From the NCBI GenBank assembly GCA_963696385.1, contig CAVOKF010000005.1:896001-960000 (forward strand): a stretch of DNA of 64,000 bases, written 5' to 3'. Source of the stretch: an uncultured delta proteobacterium. Lineage in GTDB: Bacteria; Myxococcota_A; Polyangia; Polyangiales; Polyangiaceae. The translations under genes and the position numbers were made by a program. Below, in pieces: positions 1-9,904 of the stretch (its first letter is position 1; every line of letters begins with the position of its first letter). The notes beneath the pieces were generated by a model, which saw only the letters and a list, made by a program, of their open reading frames with translations, was not told where the DNA came from and did no database searches.

Positions 1-277
1 CCAGCAGCAACGTGTAGTGCGCCGCTGCGACCTCGGGGTTGACGATCGTCTGCTTGCTCTCGTACCGCGAAACAAGCTGCCCGTCTTCGTAGATGCGAAA
101 TTGGTCGGCCGTCAGTCCGGCAACGGGACCGCCCCCTTCGGTCTGGACTTTGAAATAGACCGCCACGTTGCTCGGCCGCTGCTCGGCCGTCTTGACCGTG
201 GTGAGCTGAAGACCCGCGCAACCGATTCCGAAATCGAGGACCAAAACGGCGACGAGAAGGTGGAGCGCGCTGTTCAC
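1..277 (-). CDS. Probable lipoprotein with vWA domain (5' part; runs off window start)
   Basis: Not in the ORF track. Manual translation from GTG 277: MNSALHLLVAVLVLDFGIGCAGLQLTTVKTAEQRPSNVAVYFKVQTEGGGPVAGLTADQFRIYEDGQLVS...AAHYTLLL. Hydrophobic leader plus Cys; the 'PVAGLTxxxFRIYEDG' strand typically precedes vWA domains. Confidence 0.6.
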   Translation of the reverse strand, partial: MNSALHLLVAVLVLDFGIGCAGLQLTTVKTAEQRPSNVAVYFKVQTEGGGPVAGLTADQFRIYEDGQLVSRYESKQTIVNPEVAAAHYTLLL

Positions 278-370
278 GGCCGCAGTCTAACGCCACCGCC
301 GGAAGTTTGTCCGTTCGCCTGGCGTCGCCTCGTGATCCGGGTGCTGCGACCCCAACGCCGAACGGTCGCG

Positions 371-937
371 TCAGCGCTCGATGGCGAACGAGCGTACGAT
401 GGCGTCGCACGTCGATCGGTAGCGCTCGAACGCGGTGGCAGCCACCGAACACGTAACGACGTAACCGGTGCCGCGAGAGGCCAAGTCGGCCTGCATGGTG
501 CGATAGGCCACGGTGGCAGGCGGAATAGGAGCCCAGCGTGCTTCGACGACCATCGTCGGGTCTCCGTCGACCACGTCGTCGTGGTTGCTTTCGATGGTCG
601 CTCGCGGGTCGCGCCGAAGCGACTGTTCACTGGCGCGCGCATAATCGTACGACTCGCTTGGAAATGCTTCTCGGACCACGATCGCGTTTGCGTGGTAGTC
701 GTCGACGGCTTGGGGATCGGCGGCTACCCAGAGGCCGTTCGTGCTAGCCTCGGGCTGCGGTTCGTTCGTCCAGGTGGATGGAACGGCGATGCGCCAGCCG
801 CTGCCCGTCTGTTCCGTGAAGCCTGCCGGAACCTGGGGTCTCATGAAGGATGCGACTCGGGTGTGCTTCGTGCCCTGGCAACCGGCTGCGGTGAACAGCG
901 TGGCGACAGCGAACGCCAGCGGAGCGCGGCAGAACAT
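371..937 (-). CDS. Lipoprotein, PsbP/DcrB-like fold (tentative)
   Basis: Signal peptide with lipobox AAGC; GWRIAVPSTW and GYVVTCS...FERYRSTCDAIVRSF resemble PsbP/DcrB-like proteins. Confidence 0.5.
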   Translation of the reverse strand: MFCRAPLAFAVATLFTAAGCQGTKHTRVASFMRPQVPAGFTEQTGSGWRIAVPSTWTNEPQPEASTNGLWVAADPQAVDDYHANAIVVREAFPSESYDYARASEQSLRRDPRATIESNHDDVVDGDPTMVVEARWAPIPPATVAYRTMQADLASRGTGYVVTCSVAATAFERYRSTCDAIVRSFAIER

Positions 938-1041
938 TCGCTACAGTCTAGGCGCGGACGTCGATCGCGATCGGGCAAACTCGCGCGGCGGCCGCCGGTA
1001 CGACACGTGTCGCTCCGACCCATCCCCCTCTGGAGGCAACG

Positions 1042-1356
1042 ATGCGCTGGTCCCACGACGTCGCGTACTTCTTTGGCGGGGCCTTTCTGGCCAACGCCAT
1101 TCCTCACTTCGTGAACGGCGTCTCCGGGCGCCCGTTCCAAAGTCCGTTCGCCTCGCCGCCAGGCCAGGGGTTGTCGTCGTCGACCGTGAACGTGCTCTGG
1201 GGACTCTTCAACCTTGTCGTTGGATATTGGCTCGTCTGCCGGGTCGGCACCTTTCAGTTGCGCCGGACGAGGCACGTGGTTGGGCTCGGGCTCGGGGCCT
1301 TGCTGATGTCGCTCATGCTCGCAAGGGCCTTCGGCAGGTTTTACGGAGGTCTCTGA
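1042..1356 (+). CDS. Small membrane protein of unknown function
   Basis: 104 aa with three hydrophobic segments; protein-like composition. Confidence 0.7.
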   Translation: MRWSHDVAYFFGGAFLANAIPHFVNGVSGRPFQSPFASPPGQGLSSSTVNVLWGLFNLVVGYWLVCRVGTFQLRRTRHVVGLGLGALLMSLMLARAFGRFYGGL

Positions 1357-1374
1357 ATCTGAGGTCGGTTCTGT

Positions 1375-2544
1375 CTAATCGCGCTTTCGCTTCTTGCGTT
1401 CTGACGGGGTCGGCTCCAGCGGCGCGATCGGTTCGCCGACGGGCGAGGCAGGGATGACGACGTGATCGGGCGAAAGGGCCGCGGGCACTTCGGCTTCCGT
1501 GTCGCCTGCGCCGAGTCTGGTGGCCGGACCGATCGCCGGGTTGCGCTGGCCCTTGCGTTCGGCCATGTGAAAGGTGAGCACGCCGCCCAGAAGAACGATC
1601 GCGATCGACGCGAGGACCAGCGCGGCGATCACGACCGGCCGCACCCGCGGCGAATGGGGCGCTCGGTCCGACGGTATCGTGGGGACGAGCGTAGGGGGTT
1701 GGGGCGCCGTGGGCGCGACGGCCAACGGTAGGGTGGTCGTCGTGTCCGCGATTGTGGGCAGAACGCCGGCTGGAGCGGGGCCGGCGGTTTCGCGGGTGCG
1801 CAGGACGAGCACAGTGACGTTGTCGTGTCCTCCCCGTGCGTTGGCGAGATCGACCAACCGGCCGACCGCTTGCGCGGCGGGTTCGTTGGCGACAACTCCC
1901 AGGATCTCGGCATCGTCGACCAAATCGGATAGACCATCGGAGCACAGGACGAAGGTATCGCCGGCCACGTGATGGACGGGTTCGGTGCGAAGCTCGACGT
2001 CCGCGTCGGGTCCTATTCCGAGCGCACGCGTGATGCGGTTCGCGTCGGGATGATGGATGGCTTGATTCGGCATGAGCAGGCCCCGGTCGACCAGATCCTG
2101 GACGATCGAATGATCGCGCGTCAGCCGGAAGATCTCTCCCTCGTGCACGAGGTACGCACGGCTGTCGCCGACGTGCGCGACCTCGGTCCCGAAGCCGTGA
2201 GTGAGCGTCGCGACGACGGTGCAGCCGGGGCGGCCTAGCCCGATCTCGCTCGTGCGAAGGACGTGCACGCGACGATTCGCTTCTTCGATCGCGGTGCGAA
2301 GGACCTCGGCCGGCGCGGATCCGTCCGCCGCGTGATCGAACATTTCGACGATGGTCGATAGCGCCAGCTCGGCCGCCTCCCGCCCCGCTGCATGCCCTCC
2401 CATCCCATCGCACACGACACACAAGTGCCCGAAGCGCGTCTCACTTCGACCGCACACGTCCTCGTTGATTTGCTTGAGCGGGTCGCGCCCCGGGTCCGAT
2501 CGCTGGCCATAATCGACCGCCGGAAGGGTCGGAACCGGCTGCAT
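1375..2544 (-). CDS. PP2C-family Ser/Thr phosphatase with C-terminal TM helix
   Basis: NED, VCDGMGG, HVGDSRAY, CSDGL and GHDNVT motifs; AAGGAG just upstream of ATG 2544; TM segment VVIAALVLASIAIVLLGGVL. Confidence 0.92.
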   Translation of the reverse strand: MQPVPTLPAVDYGQRSDPGRDPLKQINEDVCGRSETRFGHLCVVCDGMGGHAAGREAAELALSTIVEMFDHAADGSAPAEVLRTAIEEANRRVHVLRTSEIGLGRPGCTVVATLTHGFGTEVAHVGDSRAYLVHEGEIFRLTRDHSIVQDLVDRGLLMPNQAIHHPDANRITRALGIGPDADVELRTEPVHHVAGDTFVLCSDGLSDLVDDAEILGVVANEPAAQAVGRLVDLANARGGHDNVTVLVLRTRETAGPAPAGVLPTIADTTTTLPLAVAPTAPQPPTLVPTIPSDRAPHSPRVRPVVIAALVLASIAIVLLGGVLTFHMAERKGQRNPAIGPATRLGAGDTEAEVPAALSPDHVVIPASPVGEPIAPLEPTPSERKKRKRD

Positions 2545-2555
2545 GGCAGGCTCCT

Positions 2556-5145
2556 TCATCCATCGAGCTGCACGTTGAACTCGAGGGGGCCGAAGCGAAG
2601 AGAACTCCCAGCCGGCACCGGGGTCCAGACACCGGGCTGGACCCGGATGCCGGATACCCATGTCCCGTTGTTGGAGTTTTCGTCACGCACGACGAGCAGG
2701 CTGCTGTCGAACTTCAGCGTCGCGTGCACTCCGCTCACGCGCGGCTCGGCGAGGAAGACGGAGCACTGAGCCGGGTCGCGGCCGACGCGAACCTCCGAGC
2801 CCGCGCGAATCGTGAACTGGGTATGGGTACCTCGGAGCGTGGCGCCGGTCGCCGCGAAGGGGGTCGCACCGTATGGATTCGTCGGGGGTACGAGCGGTTG
2901 GGCGCCGAGCGCTCCCGTAGGAGGAACGCCTTGAGGTTGGGCGCCCGCGCTCGCCTTGGTGACGTCGAAGGGCAGAGGCTGTCCGCACGAGAAGCACACC
3001 GAGGGCTGGCCCGGAGTCGCCATCGTCGTCATGCCGCAGGACGGACAGCGCACCTGCACGATTGGAGAATTGGGCATGGCGCTCTGGGCCGAGTCGCGCG
3101 GCCCAGCGGCATGTGGAGCCGGCATCGGAGCCGGCGCGTGCATGAAGCCCTGCGGGCCGACCGGTGGGTCCGCGCTTGGGAGCGCCGAGGTGGCGGCCAA
3201 CGGGTCGGCGGGAGGCATTGCGTACCCGGTTCCCGGTCCGCCGTATCCGGGGGGCGCGCCGCCTTGGACCGCCGGGGCGTAGCTGCCCGGCAAACCGCCG
3301 CCTTGCGCACCTGTGCCGTAGCCTCCATGGGAGGCACCGGTGCTATGCGGTGCCATAGGCCCATAGCCCCCCGAGGCTCCGCTCCCGGGCGCGGGCCCGT
3401 AGCCGGCGGGCATCGCACCGTAGCCGACCGGCGGTGGCGTGATGGCGGCTCGTCTTCGCCCGCCGCCTCCACCGCGAACGAGTACGATGGAGAGCAGAAC
3501 GATGACGACGAGAAGCCCCGCGATCCCGGCGATGAGGGGTGCCGATAGGGGCTTCTTCGTCGCCTTCAGCGTCAGCACGCTCTTGTTGTCGACCGCTGAG
3601 GCGCGGTGGGCCTTGTTGTCGTAGACCACCAATCGCGCGACGACGTTGTCACCGGCCCCGTCGAGCACCTTGTCGTCGTCGGGCACGACGAACGTCGCGA
3701 ACCCGTCGCCCGTAGCGACCGCCGCGCCCAACATGTGCTCGGCTTGAAGCTCGCGCATCGCTTTCTTCGCGACTTCGGGGTCTCGGGTGTTGGCTTGCGC
3801 GACCGACCTCGTTCCGGCCGGGATGAAATACGCTTCGGCTCGCTGCTTGTCTCCGCCCCAGCAGAAGTCGCCGTACACGCTGAATTGCCCGCCCGGATAA
3901 AGCGGTGCGCTTTGCGCCGCTTTGAGCGTTCGGGCCACGTCGACGTCCAGAGGCCACTGGGTCGGGTCGATCCCGATGGGCACGTCTCGGAACGTGCCGT
4001 CGGGCGCGATCGTCGGGTGGGTGTTCTCGAAGACGAGATTGAACGTTTGCTCGACACTCGGGTTGATGCAGCTCATCGTCCAATGAACGAGCCACATGGC
4101 GTTGAAGCGCGACCGCACCAAACCGATGATGGTTTTCGCTTTTTTGTCCCCCTGTCCCTCTTGGACGATGTCGAAGAATCCCCCAATCTCGGGGTTCGCG
4201 AGCGACTGCATGAACTGCGCTTCGTTGTTTCGATAGATGCTTTCGGTGAGGCTTGCGCTGTTCGGAAGCCAGACGGACACGACCGGCAGGGGCGTCTTGG
4301 GCAGCGACGTGTTGTCTTCGGGGAAACGCCCCCGGTCGAGATACTGGTGAAACAGGTCGGCGCTCGGACTTGCGCTCTCGGGGTCTCCTCTTCCTGCGCC
4401 GTTCGACAGGACGACCATCGCCTGGTGAAGGGGCACGGTCGCCGGCTGATCGGAGTTGCCGAGGGAGCCGAACGCGTCCACCGTCATGCTCTTGATCTCG
4501 GAGAAGAGGGCGCGATCGCGTCCGTGCGACAGGCTTGTGGACTTGAAATCGTTGAGCGCGTTTCCGAGATCGGCGCGCTGCTTGAACGTTTTCCAGGTCG
4601 TGTCGCGAACGACCTGCACGTCGTCGAAGAACATGAGGTCCATGAGAATCGTTCGGCTGCATCTGCTCGATGAACTCGTGAGCGATGGCGCGGGCGTCTC
4701 CGAAGCGCGCACCCATGCTGCTCGACGAGTCCACGGCGACGAGCCATGCCGTGCCGACGTTTGGGTCCTTCGACTTGCCCCAGGGGGTCTTGTCCACGAA
4801 CTTGGTCAGCTGGTCCTCTCCCGAGACTTTGACGAGCAAATGCGCGTTCTGCTCAGGGAAGGGAAACGGCTCCCAGAGCGCTCCAGCCTTCTCGAGCTGA
4901 TCGCTCCAGCACGAGAGCGTCGCGGCCCCGGTAGCGTTCGCGCACGGCTGAAGGGCGTCGCTCAGTCGCTTGAACTGCACGACTTCAACGACCGTCGTCA
5001 GCGTGGGCTTGCCGTCTTTGATCCCGGCGCGCGGGTCGATGCGCAAGATGTGCGCTTCGGGCGTGGCGAACGCGTTACTCGCCAGGGCGACGGAGAGCAC
5101 CGACAGCAGGGTGAGCAGGACGAAATGGAAAAGTCGTCGGGTCAT
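2556..5145 (-). CDS. Signal peptide-vWA-TM-low complexity-Zn ribbon-FHA protein; one +1 frameshift at about 4647
   Basis: ORFs 3649..5193 and 2556..4712 join as QMQPND/LMDLMFFDD when one base is removed at 4646-4650. MIDAS-like VDSSSS, a TM helix, CPSC/CFSC, and FHA motifs (VGR, VSGVHA, SNNGTWV). Confidence 0.8.
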
Positions 5146-5189
5146 CTCCTCGAGACCTCGTCGGTTCGACAACGCACGGTACTCTCGAT

Positions 5190-6149
5190 TCAAACGCGGC
5201 CGATCACCTTTACGACGGTGGTGAATCCGCCGAAGCGAATGCGATCACCGTCTCGCAGTTCGCGCCGACCGCCGTAGCCGACATGCTCGTCGTTGATGAA
5301 TGTGCCGTTCGTGGAGCCCGTGTCCTCGATTGTGACCGTACCGCTTGCGCCGTCGACCACGAACGCTGCGTGGCGCGACGAGATAGTCGGATCCTGCAGC
5401 GCGATATCGAGACCCTCGCCTGTCCCGAAACGCCCGACGGTCAAGCGCCCCGCCGTCAGCGGCCAAAAATCGCCGCTCGGGTTGGTGCCGTATGCGACGA
5501 GAAAGCCGCGGAGGACTTTGGGCGGCGCAGGCTCGCGCGCGACGTCGGGGGGGAAGGACGCATACGGGGCGGGCGGTGGCGGTCCGCCGTAAGGAGATGG
5601 GGAGGGGTGCGCGGAGCCGCCGTAGGGCGTCCCCGGTGGGGGCCCGTACCCGGCGAGGGGCGCCAGGCCGGCCGGCGGCGCCGCCGGCGTTCCGAAGGCG
5701 GACGCGTAAGCCGCTTGCGGGGGCGGAACCGCAAACCCCGGGTCGGACCCACCGAACGGGGCGGGCGGAGCCGGGGTCCCGTACGGGCCGCCGGCGGCGG
5801 GCCGTTGGGGCGAGTAGGGCGGGGCGGCGCCGGGTTGCGCGTATCCGCCGTACGCGTCGTTCACGTGCATCGGCTCGAGGGCAATCGGGTGTCCCAGTCC
5901 GCAATAGCTCGCGCCCGGGGCGATCTCGTGGCCGAGCTGGCAGCGTGCCGTTAGGGCGCCACCCGCGCCGGCTTGGCCCGTCGCCGGATAGCCGGCCGGG
6001 CCGCCTTGCCCGGCCGAGTACGCAGTCGCGGCCGCTCCGTAAGCGATCGGATCCGCCGGCGCGCTCGACCGGGGGATGGGCGTACCGCAGACGCTGCAGA
6101 ACTTGTCGGACGGTTTGACGACGGTGCCGCATTGCGTGCATGCGCTCAT
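5190..6149 (-). CDS. Zn-ribbon + Pro/Gly/Tyr-rich linker + FHA domain protein
   Basis: N-terminal CTQC..CSVC, CQLGH..CGLGH; FHA motifs VGR, ISSRHA, STNGTFIN, LRDGDRIRFG. Confidence 0.85.
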   Translation of the reverse strand: MSACTQCGTVVKPSDKFCSVCGTPIPRSSAPADPIAYGAAATAYSAGQGGPAGYPATGQAGAGGALTARCQLGHEIAPGASYCGLGHPIALEPMHVNDAYGGYAQPGAAPPYSPQRPAAGGPYGTPAPPAPFGGSDPGFAVPPPQAAYASAFGTPAAPPAGLAPLAGYGPPPGTPYGGSAHPSPSPYGGPPPPAPYASFPPDVAREPAPPKVLRGFLVAYGTNPSGDFWPLTAGRLTVGRFGTGEGLDIALQDPTISSRHAAFVVDGASGTVTIEDTGSTNGTFINDEHVGYGGRRELRDGDRIRFGGFTTVVKVIGRV

Positions 6150-6295
6150 GGTGTCGCCTGTGTTGCCTTCTGCGCGTTGGACCGCTCTACCCACTCGGGT
6201 CGGTGGATGCGCGCGAACGACAGCATATCGAACCTGCAAGGGGAAATGCGAGCCGTAGCCCGGCACGACCCAGTGGATCGCCGAACGGACAGGGG

Positions 6296-7660
6296 TCAGT
6301 GCTCCGCCAGCGAGGCCGCGGCGAGTACGGCCACACGCAACACCTCGCGCACGGGGACGCCGTGAGTCCGTGCGGCGTGGGCGCACGCCTCGAACTCGGG
6401 TTTCACCACAGCAGGACCGAACGGTCCGCCCGCGACCTTCACGGGGATCGGCCCGTAGATCGTGTCGACCCGATGCTGGGTTCGCGGCCGTTCGACGCGC
6501 GCGACCTCGTAACGCCGCACACCGAGGCTCGTCGTTTCGCGCAGCATGGCGCGGGCGACCGTGTCGGCGCGATCGATGGAAGTCAGGGCCGAGATCGTCC
6601 ATGCAGGCCTGCCTTTCTTCATCGTGATCGGAACCGCCCACGCGTCTAGGGCGCCTACGCCGAGCAGCGACTCGATCCAGCTGCCGGCCAACTCGCCGGT
6701 GGCATCGTCGACATTGCATTCCAACACGGCGTGGGTGGCGATCGTCTCGGCGGCCCGGGGTACCCCGAGTGACGTTCCGAGTACCGCGCGAAGCAGGTTC
6801 GGCCGGTCGGCCAAATCGGTGGCTCCGGCGCCCCATCCGGTGCGTTCCGGCGCCATCGGCGGCCATCGGGACGAGCCGAGGGCGTGGGCGCCGACGATGG
6901 CGGCTCCGGTGGGCGTCACGAATTCGAAGTCCATGCCGGCGTCGTACGTGGCCAGACCCGCTAGGCACTCGACGGTCGCCGGAGCGGGCAGAGGCAATGC
7001 GCCGTGCGCGGCTCGCACGAACCCGCGGCCCATGGGCAGCGGCGACACGAATAGATCCGCCGCGAGATAGGCGAGCGCGGCCGCGCTGCCGACCACGTCG
7101 ACGACGGCGTCGACGGCGCCCACCTCGTGGAAGTGCACCTCGTCGATGGGGTTCCTGTGAATTTTTGCTTCTGCGACGGCCAGTCGATGAAATGTTCGCA
7201 AGGATCGCGCCCGAACATCGTCGTCGAGCGGGGCGTTCTCGAGCATCGCTCGAATGCTTGCGTACGTGCGAGGCGGCTGGGACCGATCCACGTGCACGTC
7301 GAACGACGTGGCGACGATGCCACTGCGGGTCCGGGTGCCGAAGTGCAAGTGAAATCCGGCCATCGGCAGCGCCGCAATCGCTTCGGAGATCGTCCGGGCC
7401 GGCACTCCGAGGTCCACGAGGGCCGCGATGATCATGTCGCCTGCGACTCCGCTGGGGGCGTCCAAGAAGAGCACCTTGCCGCGGCCGGATCCGCGCCCGA
7501 GCTCCGGGTCGGCGGCCGGTTCGATCGCCGGATCACGTCTCGAGCCGAAGGAGTCGTGCTCGTGATGGTGTTCGTGCTCGTGATTGTGTTCGTGCTCGTG
7601 ATGGCGCTCGTGCTTGCGGTTGGAATCTCCGCTGGGGTGGTCGTGCCCTTCGTGCCCCAT
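6296..7660 (-). CDS. larC: Nickel pincer nucleotide cofactor nickel insertase LarC
   Basis: SGVAGDM, EVHFHEVGAVD, VTPTGAAI, NVDD, MKKGRP, ETTSLGVR; His-rich N-terminus. Confidence 0.93.
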   Translation of the reverse strand: MGHEGHDHPSGDSNRKHERHHEHEHNHEHEHHHEHDSFGSRRDPAIEPAADPELGRGSGRGKVLFLDAPSGVAGDMIIAALVDLGVPARTISEAIAALPMAGFHLHFGTRTRSGIVATSFDVHVDRSQPPRTYASIRAMLENAPLDDDVRARSLRTFHRLAVAEAKIHRNPIDEVHFHEVGAVDAVVDVVGSAAALAYLAADLFVSPLPMGRGFVRAAHGALPLPAPATVECLAGLATYDAGMDFEFVTPTGAAIVGAHALGSSRWPPMAPERTGWGAGATDLADRPNLLRAVLGTSLGVPRAAETIATHAVLECNVDDATGELAGSWIESLLGVGALDAWAVPITMKKGRPAWTISALTSIDRADTVARAMLRETTSLGVRRYEVARVERPRTQHRVDTIYGPIPVKVAGGPFGPAVVKPEFEACAHAARTHGVPVREVLRVAVLAAASLAEH

Positions 7661-7669
7661 GGTCGGCCC

Positions 7670-8431
7670 CTAGTAGCGCTCTCGCGTGCGCAGGATCCGG
7701 GCGGCCGCGTACGCTGCCCCGAATCCGTTGTCGATGTTGCAGACCACGATGCCCGACGCGCAGCTCGCCAGCATGCCAGCGAGTGCGGCGAAGCCCCCGA
7801 AGCTTGCCCCGTACCCAATCGATGTGGGCACTGCGATCACCGGTCCGGCCACCATTCCGCCAACCACGCTCGGCAAGGCCCCCTCCATCCCCGCGACGAC
7901 GATGACGACGCTCGTTCGCTCGAACACGTCGCGCCTGTAAAGGAGTCGATGGATGCCGGCGACCCCCACGTCGTAGACGCGCTCGGCGGCGACGCCCAGC
8001 ATCCGAAGCGTCTCGGCGCATTCTTCGGCGACGGGCATGTCGCCCGTTCCGGCGCTGACGAGGGCGACGGGTCTCGATCCCAAAGGCGCGATCGGACCGC
8101 TCTGCAAGGTGCCGACGCGGGCGAGATCCGCGTAGCGCAACTCGGGCAGACCCACACGCACTTCGCTCGCCTTGTCGGCGTCGAGACGCGTGACGAGAAC
8201 GTTCTGCCCGGTGCGCGCCAGCTCGCGTGCAATCCCTACGATTTGCGCGGCCGTCTTCCCTTGACCGAAGATGACTTCGGGGGAGCCCAGCCGGAGCCCT
8301 CGATGGTGATCGACGGCCGCGTACCCGAGGTCGGCGTACGGCAAGTCGCGCAGCTCGCCGAGCGCATCGTCGATGCTGGTCGCCCCTCGGCGCACGCCAT
8401 CGAGAAGCTCGCGAAGCTTTTGAGGATTCAT
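7670..8431 (-). CDS. larB: Nickel pincer cofactor biosynthesis carboxylase/hydrolase LarB
   Basis: [52 protein letters not shown]. Confidence 0.95.
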   Translation of the reverse strand: MNPQKLRELLDGVRRGATSIDDALGELRDLPYADLGYAAVDHHRGLRLGSPEVIFGQGKTAAQIVGIARELARTGQNVLVTRLDADKASEVRVGLPELRYADLARVGTLQSGPIAPLGSRPVALVSAGTGDMPVAEECAETLRMLGVAAERVYDVGVAGIHRLLYRRDVFERTSVVIVVAGMEGALPSVVGGMVAGPVIAVPTSIGYGASFGGFAALAGMLASCASGIVVCNIDNGFGAAYAAARILRTRERY

Positions 8432-8508
8432 CGCAATCCGCGCGCGAGCCTAGCACCGCGCCCGGCGCAGTCGACGCACTGTGCCGGCCGACCTACCTTC
8501 GCTGCGGC

Positions 8509-9066
8509 ATGCCGATCGTCTTCGCTCACCTCTTCGGGCTCGTCATTGGGGCCGCTCTCGCCTGGGTGGCCTCGCCCACACTGGGTTCGAACGAGGGACC
8601 GATCGTTCTGTCGCGTCCCTTCCCAGTCGTCGTCGCCTTTGCGACTTTCGTCTGGTTTCCGGTGGTCGGGTATTTCGCCGCTTTCCACGGCGATTGGTCC
8701 TACCTCTACCTCGTGTCGACGCGGCAGCTTCCGAGCGCCGTCGACCTCGGGCTCGTGCTGCTCGCCGTGCTGGCGGTGGTGGGAGGTTTTTGGCTCGCTG
8801 TCGGCCCCGTCCGAACGCGCCGCACCGGTTTGCTGGTCGCAATGATAGCCGTGCCTGGCGGTATGGCGACGGCGTCGCTTCCGTTCGTGATTCACCGGCT
8901 CTCGGTGAGCGGCACATTCGCGCAATTCCACGGTCGCTTCGGGACCGAGCCGATTGCGGCGAGTACTCTCGGAAGGGGCGTGCTGTTCATGGGGATCCTC
9001 GTCGCGGCCGGGATCGCCTGGACGGTGCGCGCTCTGATGCGGATGGGGTACGACGCTCCCGGCTGA
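8509..9066 (+). CDS. Multi-pass membrane protein of unknown function
   Basis: About five hydrophobic segments, with a DWSYLYL loop. Confidence 0.7.
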   Translation: MPIVFAHLFGLVIGAALAWVASPTLGSNEGPIVLSRPFPVVVAFATFVWFPVVGYFAAFHGDWSYLYLVSTRQLPSAVDLGLVLLAVLAVVGGFWLAVGPVRTRRTGLLVAMIAVPGGMATASLPFVIHRLSVSGTFAQFHGRFGTEPIAASTLGRGVLFMGILVAAGIAWTVRALMRMGYDAPG

Positions 9067-9204
9067 ACGATGGGGAAGGCGGAGCCAACGGTTCGATCGG
9101 CAACACGGCCCGCCGGTCGAGCTTCGGCCGTTGAGCTCGCGGTGGCCGAGCTGCCGTGCAATCACCGTCGCTTTACGAGCGCCTGCCCTGCTAGCATGCG
9201 TGAC

Positions 9205-9816
9205 ATGTGGGTGAGAGGAGCCGCGATCCGCCCGGTACCGCGGCATGCTGTCCTCGACGCCCATACATTGCAAAACATTGAAAGGGAGCTCGCGGAAGAC
9301 TCGCCGGGTGCGCGCGAGGAGTTGGATCGCGCATTCAACCGCTTCGAGGCGACGCAGCCTCAGCTCGCCGACGCGCTTTCGCGGCTGCTGTCTCGCCCTC
9401 TCGACGACACCGCGCTGGCGCTCGGGTACTTTTTGACGATCGCGGTCTGGCTCGCCTTCGAGCGTACGTTCGGATCGACGCGGTTACGCGAAGTGTCGCA
9501 GGATGTCCTCGAGGCCACGGAGCAGGCGATCGAGCTCGAGGAAGAGCTGCGCGGGGCGCAGGGCGGTGAGCCGTTCGATTTGGATGACGTCGTGTCGGTC
9601 GAGCAGCCAAACCTTCTGGCTTTCGTCCACGGACATGTCAACGCCGCCGTCGATTCTGCCGCGCGGGAAGACGACTCCCTTTCGCACTCTCGGGACGTCG
9701 ACGTCGACGACGTGCATGTCGTCTATCGCGGAGTCGTGCTGCTGACCCTTTGTCTATCGCACGCGGTGATGGCGCTCGACGGCGCCTCCCGCAACAGCCG
9801 AGAGCTCATGGCATGA
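9205..9816 (+). CDS. Hypothetical acidic helical protein
   Basis: Protein-like ORF (FEATQPQL, EQPNLLAFV); start placed at ATG 9205, 7 nt after TAGCAT. Confidence 0.65.
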   Translation: MWVRGAAIRPVPRHAVLDAHTLQNIERELAEDSPGAREELDRAFNRFEATQPQLADALSRLLSRPLDDTALALGYFLTIAVWLAFERTFGSTRLREVSQDVLEATEQAIELEEELRGAQGGEPFDLDDVVSVEQPNLLAFVHGHVNAAVDSAAREDDSLSHSRDVDVDDVHVVYRGVVLLTLCLSHAVMALDGASRNSRELMA

Positions 9817-9904
9817 AGGACGATCGAGCCGTCCATCGCGCACGCGAATCGACGCCACCCCCTCCATGCACGATGGATACCGCCGCCGTCGCCCTCCACA
9901 CGCA

